A stretch of DNA of 61,264 bases, counting the filler, from Asterionella formosa (taxonomy: Eukaryota), in NCBI GenBank assembly GCA_002256025.1. It is 17 parts of 17 records of this genome, joined end to end, with 100 filler letters (N's around TTAATTAATTAA, not from the genome) between each part and the next. Parts side by side here need not be neighbours in the genome. Positions count along the whole stretch, not along the records: positions 32,543 to 36,050 come from NKIB01014092.1; positions 36,151 to 39,655 come from NKIB01014094.1; positions 39,756 to 43,259 come from NKIB01014095.1; positions 43,360 to 46,862 come from NKIB01014096.1; 13 more parts are not named here. One strand, given 5' to 3'. The notes beneath the pieces were generated by a model. It saw only the letters and a list, made by a program, of their open reading frames with translations, was not told the origin of the DNA and searched no databases. Positions 32,621 to 44,476 of this stretch are shown here, piece after piece (the stretch's first letter is position 1; every line of letters begins with the position of its first letter). The translations under genes were made by a program, and so were the position numbers.

Positions 32621-33604
32621 ATGCCCACTACTTCCGCTCAAACGATTCTCAAGTCTTCTCTTCACTCTGTTCTGCAATCGAAACTTTCCTCCTTGAAGCA
32701 AGCATCGGTTTTGGTGATCAGCTCAAAACCGGCCAATGATGCCTTTGTGGACCCACGAGTTGGCTCGTTGGTTAAAAAACTTCATTACCATGCATCCATG
32801 GAGTTTAATCTGAAAGTAGTTCAATCAACTATCACATCGGCTTTTCCAACAAGATCCGATGTTACCAAATGCATTGAATTGGCACAGAGAACCGGTGCTG
32901 GGAATTTGATCGCTGTTGGGTCAGGGGCTGCAATGGACTTGTGCAAATTAGTTTCGTCTCAGTACGATTGCGACGAAACGATTCTGATACCAGCAACCTC
33001 GGGCGGAATAATCGCTAGCTCTACGTCAAGTGCCTTGCTTCTAGACGATCACGAAGAAACAATACTAGCGGACCGATGCAAATCAATTACTTCTACCGTG
33101 GTCATTGACGAGATTGCTCATAACAAATATGCTCAGGAGTCGGCACTGTTGATTGGAATTGACGCGCTGTATCACCGCAACGATGAAGATTCTGAAGGAG
33201 CTGCTAAATTATTTCAATTAGCCTTCAATGGTGAACTGACAGATGCACTGCTCTGTGCTGGCCCTTTGCTATCCTTTGGCGACAACGGAAGGAAGAGGTC
33301 CCCAATCCTGACGCTCGCCACTTCCCTCATTCCAACAGTTTATCCCAGATCGCATATCTTAGAGTTTTGGGCTTCTCTACTTCCTGAAAAAATCCACAAT
33401 ATGCCGATGGATATACTTGCAGAATACCTTGATAGATTGGCGCAAATTCAATCAACCAGCCCGAAGCTCGCAGAAATGAGCGTCGCAAACTTGCCGCTTT
33501 CCAAGCTTATAGAGCACATTCACGATAATCAAGCTGTTTGGAACACACCTGAGGTTAGCGATGGAATTATGGAAGCCATCTTAGCAATGTCACTGAATCG
33601 ATGA
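32621..33604 (+). CDS. Divergent iron-containing alcohol dehydrogenase / DHQS-like fold protein
   Basis: Intact 327-aa ORF with PTRSDV, LIAVGSGAAMDLCK (GGGS..D..K equivalent), LIPATSGG and IDALY. Confidence 0.65.
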   Translation: MPTTSAQTILKSSLHSVLQSKLSSLKQASVLVISSKPANDAFVDPRVGSLVKKLHYHASMEFNLKVVQSTITSAFPTRSDVTKCIELAQRTGAGNLIAVGSGAAMDLCKLVSSQYDCDETILIPATSGGIIASSTSSALLLDDHEETILADRCKSITSTVVIDEIAHNKYAQESALLIGIDALYHRNDEDSEGAAKLFQLAFNGELTDALLCAGPLLSFGDNGRKRSPILTLATSLIPTVYPRSHILEFWASLLPEKIHNMPMDILAEYLDRLAQIQSTSPKLAEMSVANLPLSKLIEHIHDNQAVWNTPEVSDGIMEAILAMSLNR

Positions 33605-34493
33605 GATAAGGCTGAAAACGCCCAAAAATTCCTCCCGAACCCGCAAGTTATCGATGTAGGTTCGATAGAGGCAAAAATATGATGACTTTTGTCACGTTGC
33701 ACTTAGCCAGGAGTAAGGACAGCCCACGATAATTTCGGGTGGTCTCGGCCTTCTTATCGCGGGTTGGAAAAAGGTGCTTGTCGTGGATGATATGATTGTG
33801 TTGTAGGTTTTTATATTTTTGAGAAATGGAAGCGTGCAAAGTCGTGGCAACAATGTCTCTTGTTGTTATCATGGCAATTAATCCGTCGCTCAAGGGCACT
33901 TTCAACAATAATGCATTCATCGCATCAACTCACCACTCGAAAAATCTCGCAATAGTTGTGATCCAAATCCTGTTTGATGGCTCTACTTAGGAGTCAAATA
34001 GTTGTTTCACACTAGCAGGGACAAAATGACGACGTGGACCTTTTTCTTTGTATATACTGTTGTCGATGCGCCAGTGCATGCACCTTCCATTCCTTTCTCT
34101 TGTATCTTTGCCAAAGGCCCATTTCGTGAATTGCCTCTCCATGTGTTTGAGGTACTGTACTTCTTTTGTCACTGTTTGTAAGCCTAGACGTGAATCATTT
34201 GGGGAGTACTGACTAGACATATAGTTCACGTTGCTTACACAAAGTTATTTATGAAACCCTTGACATGCAATAAATCGAACTATCATCATCGAAACAGTCA
34301 CCCAAATGGCTCAGACTCGATCCATCATTCACCGAAAAAACGGTCTTCTCTTCACCTCGAGACATCAAAGTCAGTTCGAGACGAGATCTATCCCCTTGTG
34401 TTGACATCCTATTACCCGGTACTTTCCGATGGCGAACAGTGCTACAATAGGTAAGTACCGATGACACCATACACTGTCGTTGATTTGTGCAGT

Positions 34494-35490
34494 CTACCGA
34501 GTCAACTGTTTCTTAGTTGGTCCATGCACTAGATTGTAGACAACAGTGGACAGCTGCTCTTTAATCATGAGCATCAACGCACTGCTGAGCACTCCACGAG
34601 TCAGCTCAGGCCCCAATCCCTGAAACCACGACGCCAAACCACCTTTCGTGTACATTGCCCGCAACATATCTGGGATGCTCGTCGTCGTGGGAGAGTCCGA
34701 CGTTTGCAAGACAACCTTCGCTCGCAAATAGGGAAATATGAGAACTGTGGAAATTGTTCGGGCCACCATGCCCAAAAGAAAAGACTCGCTAGCCGACAGT
34801 GTCTTGTTTCGGCGATTGGCGACCAAGGCAGCCTTTACTCGTTCAAAGACAGTATATTGCAATGCAGGCTTGAAACACAACACGACATAGGCTTGTACTC
34901 CTTTGTACATACCTGCTATACCCTAAATATTTCAGTGAGTTATTGAATGTCCGATGCATCGGCGGGTTTTCGTTTCCCTCATAAATGTTGAATGCACGCA
35001 CCTTTTCGCTAAGCATCAATAGCAACAATTGTATGGGATCTTTCCCCGACGCGTCGGTTTGAATTTTGGTGGTCCAACAATCCAAAGGAAGCGTCACCGG
35101 CAAATGCGCCCATTCAGCCAGGTATCCCAAGGCCAAGGTGGTCAAAGCAGATAGTTCCTTCGTGTGCGCGACTGCCTTATAGGCATTCTTCATAATCGTG
35201 TAGGCGAAGAAATAAAGGGCTTTTTCCGTCGCCGATTGAAAGGCGGACGTTTCCACGCCGGCAAAAAAGACTCCCATGCCGTGATTTTTGTATAGATACT
35301 GTGCGTATTCAATCATGGCAAACTCGGAAGGATCATTTTCGGAGTTTTCTGTATCCTCGTCATTCACTTTGTCCTTCTTCGTTTCTGCTTGCATTTTGGT
35401 TTTTAAAACTTCCAAAGGGTACAAGACAGTGGCAGACACAGCTCCGCCCAGGGAGGCTGACAAGACCTCGCTAGCGATTGATTCAGACAT
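34494..35490 (-). CDS. Mitochondrial carrier family protein, peroxisomal adenine-nucleotide-carrier type; join(35490..35002,34922..34494)
   Basis: Carrier signatures YPLEVLKTKMQ, LPLDCWTTKIQ and FPYLRAKVVLQ. The GT-AG intron 34923-35001 (79 nt) gives MLSEK|GIAGMYKG in frame. Confidence 0.88.
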
Positions 35491-36207
35491 GAGGAAGGCT
35501 GTAATGGAGCTAATGGCTTCGTCCGATAACAGTGAAGTGGATTCGACCGATGTGGGTTTATTCTCTTTAGTTGATTGAAAAAACAAAGAATAATAAACAA
35601 AATATCTCCGGCATATATACTGGTATAGACTATAGGCAAACTCTTCATTTGAATATATATATGTCATTTGCGGTACTACAGCATATATTTGTTTTACGGC
35701 AAAAAAAACGTCGTCGAAGGGACAACAAAGAAAGGATGCCGTAGCAAAAAATGTGGTCACAAGGTCTGGGTGGGTGTGCGGTGCCAGGGCACCTATTATC
35801 AGATGCTGACCAAGCCGCCCAAAGTCTCACTATCATAATGGTACCAGGTAGTGATGAAGTGTTTCAGTGTCCATGCATTATCCTGGTACCAGGTACAGAC
35901 AACCAGTACCAGTAGTCTAATATTTGTTTTTCACATGCACCTATTCAGCTTGATTGATGTACATTAGATTGTATAGTTCTACCATTGTCCCATAACATAT
36001 GGTAATTGCATTTACTAAGGTTCCTGCATTTCAACCCTAGATTAGAAGTANNNNNNNNNNNNNNNNNNNNNNNNNNNNNNNNNNNNNNNNNNNNTTAATT
36101 AATTAANNNNNNNNNNNNNNNNNNNNNNNNNNNNNNNNNNNNNNNNNNNNTTTGATGATGGTTTGATATCGATTTATATATTAATTATTTACGTCTGTCA
36201 CAATTAT

Positions 36208-36806
36208 GGCTAAATGCATCATGAAACTACATTAGGTAGCCATCGTAGCTACCAGTACAAAATAATTCTAGCTACCAGTAGTACAACATAATTTTAGTTT
36301 AAGTAAAATGTTCTATGTAAATAACATTCATATGAATAAATTTTATGTACATTTGCATCCTTGATCTTGTTGTTGTCGTCGTTGCATTCATTCATGACAA
36401 ACATGAAATCGAAGTCAATTGCGCAGCAATAGGTGTGAAATCGTTGTTGTATCTTCATGGCAACTACTATTTGACCATATTTCAGACATTCCTGTACAGT
36501 TTAAACTCCAGCTTGCCCATTATCAAGCTAAAGAGTCGTGTGAAACCATTGGTCATGTAGGCGAGGATCTGTGTGCCCAACACAAAATAGTTCATTTATA
36601 AAGCAAACTGTGTCGTCCCATGCCGCTTCCTGTGTTTACTACTAGTAGCGCTACTCATGGCAGAAAGAAGGCTATTTAAAGGGGCACGGGAGGATCTTCT
36701 ATTGTTGAGTAAATCAACAGAATAATAATAACAACGACATGGTGGATGTGATTATAACTTGCCAATCTAGGCACAAAATATTATATACCATAATTTTAGG
36801 GTTTAT
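36208..36806 (+). repeat. Dispersed repeat ending in TTTAGGG-like motif (copy 2)
   Basis: Colinear with 20987-21526, with an extra internal ~40-nt segment near 36615-36660. Confidence 0.85.
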
Positions 36807-37416
36807 GCAAAGACAGAACTAGGCCTACAGGGTCTATCCGGTGGCCCCAAAAATTGCATCCAGTCATAGTGTTCTTACGTCAGGCTTCTGGTAATAGTAT
36901 GACAGATGTAATCCAACCTTCTGTTCATTCCTATGATCAGAGGATCTGTTTGTCACTCTGCTTGCTTCTGCCTCCGCCCGGCCTGGCCCTCTCCACCTCT
37001 CACTCTTCCTATTCTTCCTTGCCAGCAACTACATCCAAGGCATTGCTAGAACATCAAATTTCCCTTGTGTATCAGCCACATCAGCCACAGGAATCAAGAT
37101 GCTGTTTATTAAATGGAAATCAAAGAGATAAACATGAATCAATTTGGAATTGGAATCCCTATTGCCAGCACAAAGACTTATGTAGCTCATAGATAGTATA
37201 GCAAAAATACTGCAACTTGGTGGTACTGGAGTACTGTATAAAAAGATTACATAGATTTTGCTACCATAACAGTAGATCAGCATTTGGAAGTTGTGAAGAT
37301 GTTGTTGAAAAATCTGGAAACCACATAAACTTCCTTGTTAGAGACTAGACAAATGTCATCAGGATGGGGGAAGCTACATTCAAAATTATAGTGCCTCAAC
37401 ACGTTGTATGGTGATA

Positions 37417-39357
37417 TCAGCTTACTCCTTCCTTGGCAACTGCATTCATGGCATTGAAGATCTGTGATTCTGTTGGAGTGGTAAAATCATTGTCAATAAT
37501 GGCAACGAGGAAAAAGGTGTCCCTAATCGACTCAATTAAGTTATAGCTTTCAGTGTCAATATCATAAAGATTGAGCCACATAGATGTCCACAACGAAAAG
37601 GCCTCTTCGGCCCACACCAAGAAGGCTGTGGGATCAAAAATTGTAGGTTGCAGGATTTCCCTGTTTGGAAAGACGCCCCAAGTTAGAGCTGTCACGCCAC
37701 CGTCTTCTGCTCCAACATGAAAATCATGACCGAGGTTGTTTATGGCATAGAGGTTCATGGAAGGATTGGCAGTGACCATGGCGACAAGTTTGTCGGCATT
37801 CTCTGGGCTTGCAAAGCATTCGCAGTACGCCTTCTGGTAGACGTAGCCACCTGCACCACCCCAACCAAAAGTACTATGTGTACTTGAAACGCCATTGATT
37901 GGTGGTTGACTGTTGATCGTCAGGAACCCCGCACGGTTTAATTGAGCTAGTTGTGATTGAATAAGGAATGACTCCGGTTGAAGGGGTGTCTCACACCAAG
38001 GAATATGTGGAATGGCGCCTTCGACGTATCTTGCAAATACTTCGTAGATGTCCTTGTATTCCCTAGGATTCTGACCCAACATACCGCGTTGGTCGTCTTC
38101 GCTTCCCAGGGTGAATGAATAGAAGTGCGATACCTCCGATAGCTCTCCAAAAGCTGGAGATGTGGCGTCGCCCCATCGTCCATTGGGAAATTCATCCCAA
38201 TCTTCAGTTCTCATTACGTAAGACTTCGGTCGATTTGCCCAATTGATCGGTCGAACTTCCTCTTTTGACCTTTTCTCCATTGCCGAAGGTCTCCAAGGGA
38301 ACTGTCTACCAGCCGATGATACAACTTCCATACTAGAAAGTGATCTTTCGCGAATCTCGTTTGTTCTCTCATTATATTCAGGCGGTGAAATCAAATCTAT
38401 CGCACCCATGGCAATAAGAATGCGCGTGACGCTTCGCTCCAAATTCAAGGTGTAGAAGTGCACTCCATCCACACCACCATCTTCCATAGGCGCTGAAAGT
38501 ATGTTTTGGCACATAGTCTTTGCAATATCACACCCAATCTCCTTGATCGCTTCATCGTCGTCCTTGACTGGGTCTAATCTGTCCATGATTGATCGCGGAA
38601 CGGAGATACCACAATATTGAGTCATGCGAACAAAGCTAGAATAGCTTTGAATCGGCATGATACCTGGAAGAATAGGGCAGTCAATTCCATGTTCTCGGCA
38701 CATCTTGACATAATTCAGGAATATACCGGTATCATAAAAGAACTGAGTAATAATAAAATCAGCGCCGGCATCAATTTTTTCCTTCAAGTGTTTCATTTCC
38801 TCTTGCGGAGATAGTGAAGAAGGATGACCTTCCGGATGACCAGCCACGGCGATTCCGAAGTATTCCCCATGCAATTCTCTAATCAACCGTACCAAATCAA
38901 TCGCTCGATCGCATGTCCCTCCGCTAACATCGTTTGTATTCCAACATCGTTTGCCCCTCGGAGGGTCTCCTCGAAGCACCAGAATGTTGTGAATCCCGCA
39001 GGATCTAGTCTGATGCAATATTTGCACCAACTGCTCTCTCATCATGCCTGTACAGGTCAGATGCATCAATACATCGACCCCACAATACCGCTGGGCGTAA
39101 GACGCCACTGCCAGGGTCCTAGCGCACGTCGAACCAGCCGACCCCCACGTGACATCGATGAAGAGCGGGTCCAGCCGACGTGCCATACGGTCAATTCTAG
39201 TCAGGAGATTGTCGAGACCAGCTTCTGTTTTTGGAGGAAAGAACTCGAAGGAGTAGTACCAATGGGAGGGTGATGGGACAATGGTGTCATGCTGTACCGA
39301 CAAAGTGGACTTTTGCTTTTGACGTCTGGCATTGATTTTGTCCACGATTCGACCCAT
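37417..39357 (-). CDS. MTHFR: Methylenetetrahydrofolate reductase, eukaryotic type (catalytic + regulatory domain)
   Basis: SFEFFPPKT, LRGDPP, AGHPEGH, ITQFFYD, HFYTLNLE, WDEFPNGRWGD, GYVYQKAY, TWGVFP.REI.QPT. Intact, intronless 646 aa. Confidence 0.97.
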   Translation of the reverse strand: MGRIVDKINARRQKQKSTLSVQHDTIVPSPSHWYYSFEFFPPKTEAGLDNLLTRIDRMARRLDPLFIDVTWGSAGSTCARTLAVASYAQRYCGVDVLMHLTCTGMMREQLVQILHQTRSCGIHNILVLRGDPPRGKRCWNTNDVSGGTCDRAIDLVRLIRELHGEYFGIAVAGHPEGHPSSLSPQEEMKHLKEKIDAGADFIITQFFYDTGIFLNYVKMCREHGIDCPILPGIMPIQSYSSFVRMTQYCGISVPRSIMDRLDPVKDDDEAIKEIGCDIAKTMCQNILSAPMEDGGVDGVHFYTLNLERSVTRILIAMGAIDLISPPEYNERTNEIRERSLSSMEVVSSAGRQFPWRPSAMEKRSKEEVRPINWANRPKSYVMRTEDWDEFPNGRWGDATSPAFGELSEVSHFYSFTLGSEDDQRGMLGQNPREYKDIYEVFARYVEGAIPHIPWCETPLQPESFLIQSQLAQLNRAGFLTINSQPPINGVSSTHSTFGWGGAGGYVYQKAYCECFASPENADKLVAMVTANPSMNLYAINNLGHDFHVGAEDGGVTALTWGVFPNREILQPTIFDPTAFLVWAEEAFSLWTSMWLNLYDIDTESYNLIESIRDTFFLVAIIDNDFTTPTESQIFNAMNAVAKEGVS

Positions 39358-39528
39358 ATTGATGCAGAACCAGAAATGTAGAAGGAAGAATGTTTGGGGT
39401 ACGACAGATATCCTGAATGGGTCTTTGCGGGGCAGTTTTCTTCGACAGACGAAGGTGTTGTTGATGTGGTTAAATCTGCCTACCGGTATGGTATGACCAA
39501 TAATATTAAGAACCTACCGGCAAGACCC

Positions 39529-39655
39529 TGTCAAGAATATAGCATCAATGGCTATAATGAGTCACAAGGACTGTGGACTCGTCTATAGTCCAATGAGTCA
39601 AATGGTGCGTTCCCATGTCAAGAAGCTTGCTAACGAGATTGATGTCTTAGATCAA
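39529..39655. mobile_element. LTR end, same family as 7785-8165
   Basis: Begins TGTCAAGAAT and is colinear with 7785-7915 up to the contig end. Confidence 0.7.
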
Positions 39656-40259
39656 NNNNNNNNNNNNNNNNNNNNNNNNNNNNNNNNNNNNNNNNNNNNT
39701 TAATTAATTAANNNNNNNNNNNNNNNNNNNNNNNNNNNNNNNNNNNNNNNNNNNNTCTATCTATCATCACCTTGTTGAATGAAGGTGAGTAATGAAGGAA
39801 AAACAGCTACCCAAGAATTTCTAGATCCATTATTATGGACAACCTACAGGCCAAACAGTAAATATTCTGATATCACAGAATTTACACCATGTCATCCTTC
39901 AGCTGGTCTGATACATGTGAAGGTTGCACTCAGATAAGCATCAGCCATAATATAGGATATAATTTACAAATTATCATGTTATACCTACTAGTACTTTCAA
40001 GGACTGTATCACATCAGTTGCAATGTTCTCTGCAGGGCTTTCCCTTTACTACACTGTACAACTTGAGGTTCCACGATAGAGTTATTAGGCTATATTTGTA
40101 TTCAAAAGGGAGCAATATAGGTCATCTTGATGTGGTAATGATAGTCTAGCAAAATCCCCGACCCACCATAGCTAATACCAAATTGAACCCTGTATACAGC
40201 AAATACACAATTCCTATAATTCTGAACATCATTAGCAGTACCTAAAGACTAACTTCTAT

Positions 40260-42749
40260 TTAATCGTCATCGCTCCCAGTATATTCGGCTAATTGGTCTG
40301 GAACATCATCCCACTCATCACTGTCGTGAGAAGCTAATGATATTTCCTCTCCTTCGCTATCACTGGCAAAGGCTGCTTCCAACACGCGGCGTTTTTTGTC
40401 TTCCATCGCTTGTTCCTGTCGAGCGCGTTCCTCGCGGACTTCCTTTTGGCGTTCTCGCTCTTCGACAATGCTGTACTTTGGCTCTTCTTCGGTATTACCC
40501 TCACGTGGCAATGTACGAGCAGCTAATTGTAGCTTTGGACGTTCTCGACCAGAAAATAACTCATTTGACCTGGAGTTAGAAACTTGATCGACAGTGGCAA
40601 TTTCCATATCAAACATTGCACCAGGAGGTGCAACAAATCCGACAGGTAGCGTTCTAGGTTGCAAGGGCAACGGGGCTCTGTCTGGAGGTGGTGGAAACTC
40701 TCGTGGTGTTTGTCCAGCTGTTTGCCTGATAGAGTGCTCTTGTTCCACTCGAGGCACCATACGAGGACCTCGCCATTTGTGCGCAGCATCCGACAGGAGA
40801 GGACGTGGCACACTTGTGTCACGTAACTTTACACAGTGGATATATCGTTTAGGTTCTGGATCAAAACTTTCAGTATGAAGTTTCCAAAATTCGGCATACT
40901 CATGCACAAAGGCTCTTGTTGATTTATCCATCTTAGGCAACGGTAAGGACGCAGCTTTGTCATCTTGCAAAAATTTGATCCATCTCTTTTCCATCTTGAC
41001 TGTCAACTCCATACGCTCGCGGGCCTTCACAATCAAACTGTCCGGGTAGTTAGCGGCATTCAACTCATTTCCAAATTCGTCTAATTCCAGTGTTGTGGTA
41101 GTTGGTCGTGCCCAGCTGGTCAGATGGGACTGCTGTCTCAAGGTTGCTGGTGTAACGCCCATAGCAGCGGCAAAAGCTTGATTTCGAAGGAGCTGACCTT
41201 CTGTTGGTGCTACAACGGCAGCAGCACTTGGTGGTAGTAAAAGCCCGGACCCAACATGTTGGAGGGACGACTGAGTCGTTATGCTGCCATCGCCTGAAAA
41301 ACTGAGGTTGGACATCTGTGACCGCCGAACAAAAGCTTCCCTTGCTGCACGTTGGCGTTCTAACTCCTTTGCAGTTGTTTTGGTTACAACTTTGCTGATG
41401 CACAAGAGTGTTTTAGAGGGGGGTGCGGTAGTCTTGATCGGTTTCTGAGCAATAGGAAATGATGCTGGCGGAGCAGCGAGGGCAGGAAAGTTATCATCTG
41501 TAACCGTGGCCGAGCCGTTGTATTGATTGGTAATGTGGGAAGCGGACCAGAGGGATTGATTGTCGTCACGCGAAGATGCTTGTTGGTAACCAATACCTCG
41601 CAGTCCAGGATTCACATCATCATCAATAATGACAAGTCCTTCCTCGCCGTAAATCCCGTCATCTTCATATTCTCGTTGCCTTGTAGGTCGTAAACTGTTA
41701 TTTTGTTGCTCTCTCGCAGGTCGTAAACTGTTATTTTGTTGCTCTTGCTGTTGTGATTGGTATTGTTGCTGCTGCGACTGGTATTGTTGCTGCAATACAG
41801 AGTTCGGACCAGCAAAAAGCGAATTCAATAATACTTGAGCTTCTTGTTGCAAAATGGTGGCTCGTCCAGCAGCAGTATTTCCCGCCGCGCCCGCAGTGGA
41901 TACTGTGACCCCCTTTGCGTCGTATGCTTCAACAACTTTAAACTTCTTATCAAATCCATGTCGCGCTAGGTATTGATCCAAAGAAAGAAGCTCGTCTCTG
42001 GTCAAGTCTCGTCGATTCAATGGATCAATGAATTGCAGTTGCGACACTAAATAATATGCCAAAGCGCGACCATCGTAGAGATTGTAGTGTCGTGGTGTAG
42101 GTGCCTCCGTCGTTTCCTTCCGTGTTTCCTGCAAAGATACCCCAACCCACTGTTGCTGAAGTATTTGTAATTCACGATCACGTTTTGAAAGAACGTGAGA
42201 TGGGACAACTTGTTCCTTGACAGGCCATACCGAAACTGGTGTGTACGGTGCTTGCGCACACAAGGCAAAGGGTGGGTAGGCCAAGGATACCAACGGATCG
42301 AGTGTAATGGGATCCATGGCTCCCTCTGGAATTTCCTTCCTCCATGGATGCTTCATGGTGTTTCGATTCCGCGGATTCGCGGCCTGAGGTTTCCTCGTTC
42401 CGGACCTTGCGGATTTTGTTTCAGACGTGGACTTGTGCGAAGCAACGTTGGACCCTGCAGCGCTTTCGCTGCCATCGGCCTTGCTCTGATTCTGGCTGAT
42501 TGATTTTCTTCGATTTCGATTTCTCTTCTTCTTGGTAGGCAGCTCGCGTTGCTCAATTGGCTTGGGTTGTGCCTCTTTTGTATTGGCAGGTTCAGTCGTT
42601 GCCACGTTTGACTCTTTCTTCTTATTTCGCGTCTTGCTCTTCGTTTTCGCTAAACCCTCATTTCTTGGAGCTGATTCAGTCGGTGTGAAGCTACTAGCAG
42701 TGGCATTCAAGGCTTGACTCGGGATGAGCGTTCCATTAGTCGATGCCAT
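40260..42749 (-). CDS. R3H-domain protein with N-terminal PAM2-like motif and split U-box/RING-like region
   Basis: Intact 829 aa. LNATASSFTP (PAM2-like); DPITLDPL...YD..AL..YL.....DPLNR..L (U-box-like); LPKMDKSTRAFVHEYAEFWKLHTESFDPEPKRY (R3H). Confidence 0.75.
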   Translation of the reverse strand: MASTNGTLIPSQALNATASSFTPTESAPRNEGLAKTKSKTRNKKKESNVATTEPANTKEAQPKPIEQRELPTKKKRNRNRRKSISQNQSKADGSESAAGSNVASHKSTSETKSARSGTRKPQAANPRNRNTMKHPWRKEIPEGAMDPITLDPLVSLAYPPFALCAQAPYTPVSVWPVKEQVVPSHVLSKRDRELQILQQQWVGVSLQETRKETTEAPTPRHYNLYDGRALAYYLVSQLQFIDPLNRRDLTRDELLSLDQYLARHGFDKKFKVVEAYDAKGVTVSTAGAAGNTAAGRATILQQEAQVLLNSLFAGPNSVLQQQYQSQQQQYQSQQQEQQNNSLRPAREQQNNSLRPTRQREYEDDGIYGEEGLVIIDDDVNPGLRGIGYQQASSRDDNQSLWSASHITNQYNGSATVTDDNFPALAAPPASFPIAQKPIKTTAPPSKTLLCISKVVTKTTAKELERQRAAREAFVRRSQMSNLSFSGDGSITTQSSLQHVGSGLLLPPSAAAVVAPTEGQLLRNQAFAAAMGVTPATLRQQSHLTSWARPTTTTLELDEFGNELNAANYPDSLIVKARERMELTVKMEKRWIKFLQDDKAASLPLPKMDKSTRAFVHEYAEFWKLHTESFDPEPKRYIHCVKLRDTSVPRPLLSDAAHKWRGPRMVPRVEQEHSIRQTAGQTPREFPPPPDRAPLPLQPRTLPVGFVAPPGAMFDMEIATVDQVSNSRSNELFSGRERPKLQLAARTLPREGNTEEEPKYSIVEERERQKEVREERARQEQAMEDKKRRVLEAAFASDSEGEEISLASHDSDEWDDVPDQLAEYTGSDDD

Positions 42750-43736
42750 CGTTCCAAACCGATCGATTTTCGTTCGTGTGAGATTTACTACTACAAAAAT
42801 TATAGTATATTCGCTTTATGAAAGGATAATTGTCATCCTCACCTCAACAAGCAAAGCAAGTTTTTTCACCTCGTTCGTTTTCGGCCTCAATAAAAATAGC
42901 TATCGGTAAGATGTGTAGATGTGCATAATAATATGTAGAACTGGTGTACTGTAGTACTGTGTGCGTATGTCTATTATGTACTCCGCGTACATACTAGTAC
43001 ATAGATTACCGGTAGGCAGTCGTAGCACCATACTAAATACATTGACATACCGGTAGACTACATACCTGGTACCTGGTACTGTCTTCTTTTGTGATGTACA
43101 GGTACCCAGGTGCCAGGGTACGTAGTAAGTACTACTGCCGGTAAGAATGGAATCATATATGGTGGCTTTTGTTATATGGAATATGTTACCGGTGGTGGTC
43201 CAGGATTCTTTTACATATATCGGTACCGGTATGTTTCTCCATCATAACCGAGGGTACTGNNNNNNNNNNNNNNNNNNNNNNNNNNNNNNNNNNNNNNNNN
43301 NNNTTAATTAATTAANNNNNNNNNNNNNNNNNNNNNNNNNNNNNNNNNNNNNNNNNNNNTAGCATTTCAAATTCAATATTAAATGTTTCGTTCCGTACCT
43401 GTTTTGTCCTCATTAGGGTTGGTTGTTGCTTGCATCCTCACGAATCATGTCGCGATATTTCTCGAGATCCATTTCGTTCCGTTTTTATCAATCAATTCAG
43501 GGCAGATTGCATTCAAACAATTTGTAGTAAGTCGTCTTTCGCAATGATTTATCCTCTAAAAAATTTATCTTGAACTTTTAAAATGTTTTGTTGTAAAATC
43601 AACTAGTCCTGCCTTGGAAATAAGTGTATGATTGTGAACCACCAGCCATCACATGAAACCATGATAAGTAATCTTGTTCAGCAAAACAGTAAATATTATT
43701 TACGTGAAGTGCACAACCATAAACTGTACCTGGTAG

Positions 43737-44004
43737 CATGAATTAAGACACTACAAATATCCTTACTATTTCACAAAGGAAGATGCATGTCGTAAATGAA
43801 TTAGCCACGAGAGCAGGGTCTTATTTGAACTTTGAAACAAAATATTTATTGGATAATCAACTAATTCAGTATTGAGTTCAAAGTTTTTTGTGAAATCTTC
43901 ACATGAAACCGTTAAAAGTAACCTTTTCTCCGGGAAGAGTGGCATTAATTCATGTGAAGTACCACATAATTAACACTCCTACATAGAATAAATTTCGAAA
44001 AGTG
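43737..44004. repeat. Dispersed CAC-terminal repeat (copy 2)
   Basis: Reverse-complement match to 2060-2349. Confidence 0.8.
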
Positions 44005-44296
44005 GCGTATTTCGCGGCTCAGATGTATATGTATGATAAATGCATACTATGAAAGTGAACAGGCTAAGCTTACCATAATAATCAAACCACCATATAATTA
44101 TCAAAACATTATCCTATGATGTATATTCTTTTATCATATACCTATCCTGCCTTATATAATGGTAACTCTAATCGAAATAGCTGTTAAAAATAGGTTGAAA
44201 TGGATTGTAATTTTACTGTTATATCACGAAATCACTTTTTTATGTTTCTACATTTTGTGTGGTTAAACAGCCAATGTTCCCCTTTTAGATTCTTGT

Positions 44297-44476
44297 CTCA
44301 ATGCTCTTGATGCATGCCTCCCCCAACTCCCTTCAATGCTCTTGAGGATACATGCCTCCCGGTTCCCTTAAATGCTCTTGAGGATGCCTGCCTCTCCCCG
44401 CTTCCCTTCAATGCTCTTGAGGATGCATTGCATACTGCCTTCAAAACTCTTGATGCATGCCTCCCGCCTCCCTTCC
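44297..44476. repeat. Degenerate ~33-39-bp minisatellite, about 5 units
   Basis: Recurring CCTTCAATGCTCTTGAGGATGC.TGCCTC core. Confidence 0.85.

Noticed and set aside
34843..35760. 305-aa ORF as given for the carrier gene
   Set aside because: It includes upstream non-coding sequence and reads into the intron. The spliced model from ATG 35490 fits the carrier family.
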